DNA of 53,762 nucleotides from an uncultured Bacteroides sp. (GTDB lineage: Bacteria; Bacteroidota; Bacteroidia; Bacteroidales; Muribaculaceae). The translations under genes and the position numbers were made by a program. How positions within the stretch are numbered: position 1 is the stretch's first letter; every line of letters begins with the position of its first letter. Shown piece after piece: positions 47,118 through 53,762 of the stretch. The DNA lies in contig CAZAUV010000001.1 of NCBI GenBank assembly GCA_964488335.1, positions 1-53,762 on the forward strand, read 5' to 3'. A model generated the notes under the pieces. It was not told where the DNA came from. It saw only the letters and a list, made by a program, of their open reading frames with translations, and ran no database searches.

Positions 47118-47148
47118 CAAAATTATTAAATATTCTTGGATGACCAAA
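47118..47148 (-). promoter_or_regulatory. Sigma-A promoter of DUF234 ATPase
   Basis: TTTG-N19-TAATTTTG on - strand; palindrome CCATTAC-T-GTAATGG at 47097-47111 just downstream. Confidence 0.65.
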
Positions 47149-47285
47149 AAGATGAGAGAGAAAAACCAAAAAAATTCCACCTCCATCCTCGTTAAGATTA
47201 ATCAATCGGGTCAACTTTTTTCAGGAACAGACATGAGGGGAGGGTTTTTCCGAGGCTTTGTTGATTTTTTTTTCATTATTTAAGG

Positions 47286-47302
47286 CAAAGATAGTAAATT
47301 TG
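47286..47302. promoter_or_regulatory. Back-to-back divergent -7 elements
   Basis: TATCTTTG on - (47286-93) and TAAATTTG on + (47295-302). Confidence 0.55.
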
Positions 47303-47309
47303 CGGCGAA

Positions 47310-48059
47310 ATGTCACTCCACCTGACCATAGACCAGGGCAACACGGCCGCAAAGATGGCCCTCTGGGACGATGACACGCTGTTGAGCGAGGTCGTTGAGC
47401 CCCATCTGACCCCTGAGATTGTCGGGCGCTACCTCGATGCAGCGCCCGGCCCCATTGCCGATGCGCTCTATTGCTCCGTGGCCGAGCGCGGAGGCCAGCT
47501 CCTCGACGACCTCCGCCACCGGGGCATCAAGGTGGAGCGCCTCAGCTCATCCACCACCATGCCCATCACCATAGGCTATGCCACGCCCCATACTCTTGGA
47601 GCCGACCGCATAGCCGCCGCCGTCGGAGCCTGGAGCCTGTATGGCGGCAAGTCGCTCCTTGTGGTCGATGCCGGCACCGCCGTGACCTATGACCATGTCG
47701 ATCCCTCAGGATGCTTCCGCGGCGGCAATATAGCCCCCGGGATGAGGATGCGCCTCGAAGCGCTCCACCGCTTCACCGCCCGCCTGCCTCGCCTCGAAGT
47801 GCCGCGCGAAATCAAGCCTAACCACCTCTTGGGCACCGACACCCGCGAAGCAATGATCCTCGGAGCCCTCTATGGTATCGTGGGCGCCATTTATTATTAC
47901 CGCAGCCGGCTGCCTGAAGACACCGTGACCGTCATCACCGGCGGCTGGGCTTCGGTCATCGCCGGTATCTGCGACTTTGAGGTCCACCCGGTCCACAATC
48001 TGGTGAGCCTCGGCCTCAACACCATCCTGCAATATAATGAAAAGAAGCAACAACACTAA
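47310..48059 (+). CDS. coaX: Type III pantothenate kinase
   Basis: IDQGNT, LGADR, VVDAGTAVTYD, GGNIAPG, ITGG. Confidence 0.93.
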   Translation: MSLHLTIDQGNTAAKMALWDDDTLLSEVVEPHLTPEIVGRYLDAAPGPIADALYCSVAERGGQLLDDLRHRGIKVERLSSSTTMPITIGYATPHTLGADRIAAAVGAWSLYGGKSLLVVDAGTAVTYDHVDPSGCFRGGNIAPGMRMRLEALHRFTARLPRLEVPREIKPNHLLGTDTREAMILGALYGIVGAIYYYRSRLPEDTVTVITGGWASVIAGICDFEVHPVHNLVSLGLNTILQYNEKKQQH

Positions 48060-48069
48060 GATACAGATC

Positions 48070-49335
48070 ATGCGACACACTCTCTCCCGCCTCAGCGCCA
48101 TCCTCGCGGCCATCTTCGTGGCCCTGACGCCCCTCGCCGCCCAGGACACAGGCAGCGCCTATTCGCGCCTGGGCTACGGCCTGCTGCGCAACAATGCCAC
48201 GTCGATGCAGCGGCAGATGGGCTCGGTGGGCTATGCCATGCGCTCCGGCCGCCAGATCAATGTGATGAACCCCGCCTCATATGCCGCCATCGACTCCCTG
48301 ACATTTCTCTTTGATATGGGTGTCGACTTCTCCTCCACATCCCTTAAGGAGGGCACAGCTAAAGACAATAACCTCGGGGGCGGACTCGACTATATCACCC
48401 TCCAGTTCCCTTTAGGTAAATATATGGGCGGCTCGGTGGGCCTGGTGCCTTACTCCTCTGTCGGCTACTGCTTCGCCACGGAGCTTACCGGTGGCGAGAC
48501 CATGCGGCAGGGTGGGGGAGGCCTCAATCAGCTCTATGTAGGCGTGGCCGGTCGCCCCTTCAGCGGCTTCACCATCGGCGCCAACATCAGCTATCTCTTC
48601 GGCTCGATTACCCACGACGTGCAGACCACGCCTTCCGGCTCCACCACAGCCCTCTTTGAGCAGGTTGTGGAGGTGAGGGACTATAACCTGTCGTTTGGAG
48701 CCCAGTATGGCATCAACTTCGGGCGCAACAATGTGACTCTTGGCGTCACTTATTCCCCCTCAATGACATTTCTCGGCCACGCATGGGTCAGCAAATACGA
48801 CATGAACAACGACACCGACGAAAACGGCAATATCATCCGCAGCGACACCGTCGTGGAGCGCATCTCGATGAAAGACCGCTTCAGCCGCCCCGAGACCTGG
48901 GGCGCCGGCATAAGCTATTCGTGGAACAACCGCCTGACCGCTGAAGCCGACTTCACCTATCAGCCCTGGGCCTCCGCCAAATATCTCGAGATGGATAATT
49001 TTGCCGGCACTCGCCTGGCCGACCGCTGGAGCGCCAATGTGGGCGCTGAATACACCCACGCCCGGCGCGGCTCATATCTGAGCCGGATCTCATGGCGCGC
49101 CGGCGGCTTCTATGCCCGCGACTATGTGATGGTGGGCTCCAACAATGTTCGCGACTACGGCCTTACCGCAGGTCTCGGCCTCCCCGCCCCCTCGGGCAAG
49201 ACGATGGTCAATCTCGGCTTTGAATGGCGCCACCGCAGCGCCTATCCTCAGTCGCTGCTGACCGAAAATCATTTCACCATCACCTTAGGCGTCAACTTCA
49301 ACGAGCTTTGGTTTTTCCAGCGCAAGATTCAATAA
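48070..49335 (+). CDS. Outer-membrane beta-barrel protein (FadL/OmpP1-like)
   Basis: Signal peptide, SAYSRLGYG, NPASY, C-terminal NELWFFQRK; start at 48037 or 48070. Confidence 0.8.
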   Translation: MRHTLSRLSAILAAIFVALTPLAAQDTGSAYSRLGYGLLRNNATSMQRQMGSVGYAMRSGRQINVMNPASYAAIDSLTFLFDMGVDFSSTSLKEGTAKDNNLGGGLDYITLQFPLGKYMGGSVGLVPYSSVGYCFATELTGGETMRQGGGGLNQLYVGVAGRPFSGFTIGANISYLFGSITHDVQTTPSGSTTALFEQVVEVRDYNLSFGAQYGINFGRNNVTLGVTYSPSMTFLGHAWVSKYDMNNDTDENGNIIRSDTVVERISMKDRFSRPETWGAGISYSWNNRLTAEADFTYQPWASAKYLEMDNFAGTRLADRWSANVGAEYTHARRGSYLSRISWRAGGFYARDYVMVGSNNVRDYGLTAGLGLPAPSGKTMVNLGFEWRHRSAYPQSLLTENHFTITLGVNFNELWFFQRKIQ

Positions 49336-49384
49336 TATCCCGGTCAGTCCGCCCCGCCGGCTTTATTCTTAACAGATCATCATT

Positions 49385-50230
49385 GTGACCCGCCGCTTCT
49401 CTCCCTCCCTGCGTTTAGGCCTTCCGGTAATCTTAGCAGCTATCTTATGGAGCTGCGGCGCCGATGAGCGCCCTTACCGCAAGGAGAAGATTGACCCTGA
49501 GCTGACCCCGACGATGACCACCCTCCGGGCCAACACCACCATCAGCGACTCCGGCTATACCCGCTATCGCATCCTCGCCCCCGAATGGCTGATGTATGAC
49601 AACGCGGCCGACCCCCACTGGCGCTTCCCCCGGGGAATGCACATGGAGCGGTATGATAATTCCGGCAAAGTCAATGCTACTATCGATTGCGACTCCGCAA
49701 CATATTATACCTCGCGCCAGACCTGGCGCCTCGACGGAGCCGTAGATATATCTTCGAGTGAAGGACAGCGCTTCCTGACACCGCAGCTGTGGTGGGACCG
49801 CCTCCGCCACGAGGTCTATTCCGACTCCTTTATACATATCGAACGCCCCGACCGCGTCATCGAAGGCTTCGGCTTCCGCAGCAACGATCAGATGACCGAC
49901 TATGTGGTGACCTCCACCTCGGGCATCTTCCCCGCCTCGCAGTTTAAGCCCGGCGCGGGCGATGACGACGACGATAACGCGGGCTTCGCCCCGGGCAGTT
50001 CCCGGCCCGTGACGGCCTCTGCCCCCTACGATCCTGTGGCAGCAGCGGCCGACGACCCCGAGGATGCCCGGCGCACCGACCGGGGCTTCAATGCCACCCC
50101 CTCCGATACCCTTTATGTGACTACCGAGGCTTCAGACCATCCCCGCCGCCGGGCGGCCAGGACCGTCCTGCGCCGGCGCAATCCCGCCCGCCCGCCGGAG
50201 CCCCCACGGCCTCAGCCCCAACAGCAGTAA
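49385..50230 (+). CDS. lptC: LPS export periplasmic protein LptC with low-complexity C-terminal extension
   Basis: Lipobox LWSC, ISDSG, FPRGM, TPQLWWD, YSDSFIHI, GFGFRSN. Confidence 0.8.
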   Translation: MTRRFSPSLRLGLPVILAAILWSCGADERPYRKEKIDPELTPTMTTLRANTTISDSGYTRYRILAPEWLMYDNAADPHWRFPRGMHMERYDNSGKVNATIDCDSATYYTSRQTWRLDGAVDISSSEGQRFLTPQLWWDRLRHEVYSDSFIHIERPDRVIEGFGFRSNDQMTDYVVTSTSGIFPASQFKPGAGDDDDDNAGFAPGSSRPVTASAPYDPVAAAADDPEDARRTDRGFNATPSDTLYVTTEASDHPRRRAARTVLRRRNPARPPEPPRPQPQQQ

Positions 50231-50252
50231 TATCCTCAGCCATCAGATAATA

Positions 50253-51536
50253 ATGACCGAAACAGCCTGGCTCATAGTGGCCCTCATATCGCTCATTTTC
50301 TCCGGTCTCTTCTCAGGAATGGAGATAGCATTCATCTCCTCCGACCGTGTCAGGGTGGAGCTCGACGCCCAGAGCGGCGGCGTCATCGGCCGACTCATAG
50401 GCCGCTTCTACTCTGAGGAAGACATCTTCATCTCCACCCTCCTGGTGGGCAACAACATTGTCCTCGTGGTCTATGGTATGGGCGCCGCCGCCCTCCTCGA
50501 GCCGTGGCTCGCCGCGCATATATCCTCCGATGCCCTGATGCTCCTCTGCTCCACAATCATCTCCACCGGCATCATCCTCCTTACCGGAGAGTTTCTGCCC
50601 AAATCAGTGTTTCGCATCAACCCCAATCTCTCCTTCAAGATATTTGCCGTCCCCATCTTTATCTTCTACATCATCCTCTATCCCATATCGCTCTTCATCT
50701 CGGCCCTCTCCAAGGTGATAATGAAGCTCCTGGGCATCCACTCCGAGGAGCAGCGCATGGGGATGCTCTCTATCGGTGATCTCAACCAATATCTCGACAC
50801 CGCCATCGATGAGGTCAATCCTTCCAAGACACCCGTGGAGAATGAAGTGAAGATATTCCGCAACGCTCTTGACTTCTCCTCCACTCATCTGCGCGACTGT
50901 ATGCAGCCGCGTCGCGAGATTGTGGCCGTCGACATTGACGAGACCGACCGCGAGGCTCTCGTCAAGCTCTTCACCACCTCGGGCCGCTCCAAAATCATAG
51001 TCTACCGCGACGACATCGACACCATCCTCGGCTATATCCACGTCAGCGAGCTCTTCGACCCCGACAGCGATTGGAAGGAGCATCTCAAGCCCATCATCTT
51101 CGCCCCCGAGACCCTCCTGGCCCGTAAGCTCATGCGCCGCATGCTCCAGGAAAAGCGCTCCCTGGCAATCGTGGTCGATGAGTTTGGCGGCACTTCAGGC
51201 CTCGTGACCCTCGAAGACCTCATGGAAGAGATATGCGGCGACATCCGCGACGAGCACGATACCGCCTCCGACATCGTGGCCCGCGAGATTGAGCCCGGAG
51301 TCTTTGAGTTCTCAGGACGTATCGAAATCGACACCCTGCGCACAACCTATCACATCGATATCCCCGAAGAGGATGATTATCAGACTCTCGCCGGATATAT
51401 CCTCAATGCCGCCGGGACCATCCCGCCCCAGGGCGAGACCCTCGTCATCGGCAACTATCAGTTTACCATCCTCCGCCGCTCGGCCACGCGCCTGGAGCTC
51501 ATAAAGCTCGCTCCCGCTCCCGACGAAAAATCTTAA
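50253..51536 (+). CDS. Hemolysin/CNNM family protein (DUF21-CBS-CorC)
   Basis: FSGMEIAF, LVGNN, GEFLPK, IVVDEFGGTSGLVTLED, YQTLAG. Confidence 0.92.
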   Translation: MTETAWLIVALISLIFSGLFSGMEIAFISSDRVRVELDAQSGGVIGRLIGRFYSEEDIFISTLLVGNNIVLVVYGMGAAALLEPWLAAHISSDALMLLCSTIISTGIILLTGEFLPKSVFRINPNLSFKIFAVPIFIFYIILYPISLFISALSKVIMKLLGIHSEEQRMGMLSIGDLNQYLDTAIDEVNPSKTPVENEVKIFRNALDFSSTHLRDCMQPRREIVAVDIDETDREALVKLFTTSGRSKIIVYRDDIDTILGYIHVSELFDPDSDWKEHLKPIIFAPETLLARKLMRRMLQEKRSLAIVVDEFGGTSGLVTLEDLMEEICGDIRDEHDTASDIVAREIEPGVFEFSGRIEIDTLRTTYHIDIPEEDDYQTLAGYILNAAGTIPPQGETLVIGNYQFTILRRSATRLELIKLAPAPDEKS

Positions 51537-51556
51537 CCCCTCCACCAATATATCAC

Positions 51557-52978
51557 ATGACTTCACGACTCTCGGCCCTGGCCCTCGGCCTCGCAGCCAC
51601 GATAGCTGCCTCGGCTGCGCCTCTCGCCCCCGACTCCGTCGCCCCATCAGGTGGCCTCTCAGAGGAGTTTGTGGCCGGCCTCCGCGCCACTCTCCCCTCC
51701 GACCCCTCTTTCCGCGCTCTCTACAACGCCATCTCCAACAACGACATCGCCCGCCTGGCCGTCAACACCGATGCCCGCCGTCAGCGTCCTGACGACCGAT
51801 TCAGCCATCGCGTGGCCTCCAAGGGCATCACCGACCAGAAATCGTCGGGCCGATGCTGGCTCTTCACCGGTCTCAACATGCTTCGCGCCCAGATGATGGC
51901 CGACAACGACCTGCCCGAGCTCAAGCTCTCCCAAAACTATCTCTTTTTCTACGACCAGCTCGAGAAGAGCAATCTGTTCCTTCAGGCCGTAATCGACAAT
52001 GCCTCCGAGCCTTTTGACTCGAAGCAAAACGAATGGCTCTTCCGTCATCCCCTCAGCGACGGCGGCCAGTTTACAGGCGTGGCCGATCTCATTACCAAAT
52101 ATGGCGTGGTGCCCGCCGAAGTGATGCCCGAGACCAACAGCTCCAACAAGACCTCTACCATGAGCCGTCTTATCTCCCTTAAGCTCAAGGAAGATGGCCT
52201 CGAGCTGCGCAAGATGGTGGCCGATAATGCTTCTGCCGAGGCTGTAGAAGCCCGCAAGAAGGAGATGCTTACCGAGGTCTACCGCATGCTAGCCCTCAAT
52301 CTCGGAGTGCCCCCGACTGAATTTGAATGGACAGCCCGCAACACAAAAGGTGAGCCGGTGTCTACCGCCACCTACACCCCCCGGAGCTTCTACAAGGCCT
52401 TTGCCGGAAACGACCTTCAGGGCGACTACGTGATGCTCATGAACGACCCCTCCCGTCCTTACTGGAAGCTCTATGAGATTGACCTCGACCGCCATGTCTA
52501 CGACGGCAAAAACTGGACCTACATCAACCTCCCCATCGAGGAAATCAAGAAGATGGCCATTGCCTCCATCAAAGACAATACGGCTATGTATTTCTCCTGC
52601 GATGTCGGTCAGCAGATGGACCGTGAGGCCGGCCTCCTCGACCCCGATAATTTTGACTACGGCTCGCTCCTGGGCGTTGACTTCGGCATGGACAAGAAAG
52701 ACCGCATCCTGACCGGTGCCTCCGCTTCTTCCCATGCCATGACCCTCGTGGCCGTTGACCTCGACAAGGATGGCCGACCCACTAAATGGCTCGTCGAAAA
52801 CTCATGGGGCCCCGGCGTCAACGGCGGCCATCTCATAATGACCGACCCATGGTTTGACGAATATATGTTCCGCCTGGTGGTACGCGACAAGTATCTCACC
52901 CCCGAGGCGCGGGCCGTCCTTTCCCAGACTCCCGAGCTTCTCCCGGCCTGGGATCCCATGTTTGCCCCCGAAGACTGA
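51557..52978 (+). CDS. pepC: Aminopeptidase C / bleomycin hydrolase (peptidase C1B), exported
   Basis: QKSSGRCWLF, HAM, VENSWG catalytic motifs; N-terminal signal peptide. Confidence 0.92.
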   Translation: MTSRLSALALGLAATIAASAAPLAPDSVAPSGGLSEEFVAGLRATLPSDPSFRALYNAISNNDIARLAVNTDARRQRPDDRFSHRVASKGITDQKSSGRCWLFTGLNMLRAQMMADNDLPELKLSQNYLFFYDQLEKSNLFLQAVIDNASEPFDSKQNEWLFRHPLSDGGQFTGVADLITKYGVVPAEVMPETNSSNKTSTMSRLISLKLKEDGLELRKMVADNASAEAVEARKKEMLTEVYRMLALNLGVPPTEFEWTARNTKGEPVSTATYTPRSFYKAFAGNDLQGDYVMLMNDPSRPYWKLYEIDLDRHVYDGKNWTYINLPIEEIKKMAIASIKDNTAMYFSCDVGQQMDREAGLLDPDNFDYGSLLGVDFGMDKKDRILTGASASSHAMTLVAVDLDKDGRPTKWLVENSWGPGVNGGHLIMTDPWFDEYMFRLVVRDKYLTPEARAVLSQTPELLPAWDPMFAPED

Positions 52979-52989
52979 CATTTTGTCAG
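52975..52989. promoter_or_regulatory. Palindrome CTGACA-N3-TGTCAG, putative activator site for groESL
   Basis: Perfect inverted repeat about 110 bp upstream of the sigma54 promoter. Confidence 0.5.
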
Positions 52990-53019
52990 CCCCCCGCAAG
53001 GCGGTATCATCCCCCATCA

Positions 53020-53060
53020 AGCGCCCGCAGGCCCTCGCGAACCCGCGGGCGCTCCGTTTT
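53020..53060 (+). terminator. Terminator after pepC
   Basis: AGCGCCCGC...GCGGGCGCT stem then CCGTTTT. Confidence 0.6.
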
Positions 53061-53099
53061 GTTATATCTCATGCAGCAGGGCAGGGGAGCGGCGCCCGT

Positions 53100-53116
53100 T
53101 TGGCACGCTATTTGCT
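53100..53116 (+). promoter_or_regulatory. Sigma54 (-24/-12) promoter upstream of groES
   Basis: TTGGCACG-CTAT-TTGCT; GG-N10-GC spacing is exact. Confidence 0.75.
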
Positions 53117-53175
53117 CTCCACCCTAATGTAACGACAACTTATAATACTCAACCATATTAAATCATAACCTTCCC

Positions 53176-53451
53176 ATGAATATCAAACCGCTGGCCGACC
53201 GGGTGCTCATCGCTCCTACGGCCGCCGAAGAAGTGACAATGGCAGGCATCATCATCCCCGATTCTGCCAAGGAGAAGCCCCTCCAGGGTAAAGTCATCGC
53301 CGTAGGTAAAGGCACCAAAGATGAAGAGATGGTGCTCCGCGCAGGCGACAATGTCCTCTACGGCAAGTATGCCGGCAATGAGGTGACCCTCGATGGCGAA
53401 AAATTTATCATCATGCGTCAGAGCGACGTCCTCGCCGTCATTGAAGGCTGA
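53176..53451 (+). CDS. groES: Co-chaperonin GroES
   Basis: IKPLADRV, GIIIPDSAKEKP, VLYGKYAG. Confidence 0.97.
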   Translation: MNIKPLADRVLIAPTAAEEVTMAGIIIPDSAKEKPLQGKVIAVGKGTKDEEMVLRAGDNVLYGKYAGNEVTLDGEKFIIMRQSDVLAVIEG

Positions 53452-53500
53452 TCTCCCTCATCTTCCTATACCTTTTCTTATATCTTATTCTCTCTCATAA

Positions 53501-53762
<262 letters not shown>

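Noticed and set aside
2481-52735. Many long antisense or alternate-frame ORFs (e.g. 2481-3437, 4775-5536, 31387-32286, 33044-33823, 41967-42836)
   Set aside because: Shadow ORFs opposite well-supported genes, expected in GC-rich DNA; no motifs

Overview
A 53.8 kb chromosomal window from a GC-rich Bacteroidales bacterium. Muribaculaceae-like is an inference from TAnnTTTG promoters, the bat operon, T9SS genes porW/porX and the C-rich coding strand. Most of it is core genome: rpmA end, moxR-DUF58-batA-E, feoAB, thiE, marC, two NSS transporters, a TonB receptor plus DUF4249, gluQRS, tRNA-Ala(GGC), pdxB, purD, rlmL-like, cysE, an ECF sigma triad, tsaE-porX-porW, coaX-OMP-lptC-hemolysin, pepC and groES-groEL. 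Three AT-richer insertions interrupt it: a decayed toxin with an intact XRE antitoxin, and two solo ATPase-PD-(D/E)xK genes. The most striking structure is the AAA_14/DUF4143 ATPase-nuclease gene (37341-38726). It is preceded by a 7-unit array with a 32-bp period whose last unit forms the gene's own promoter, and it is bracketed by a perfect 17-bp direct repeat that belongs to one hairpin element, giving a cassette-like module. Other notable items are an ORF-less promoter-to-terminator unit (candidate ~95-nt sRNA, 25966-26059), a sigma54 promoter with a palindromic upstream site before groES, a Cur/Crp-like palindrome, ECF-type promoters, and a 1047-aa T9SS-type GH-D-like enzyme with inserted lectin-like modules. 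All family calls are from motif recognition only; no database searches were run.
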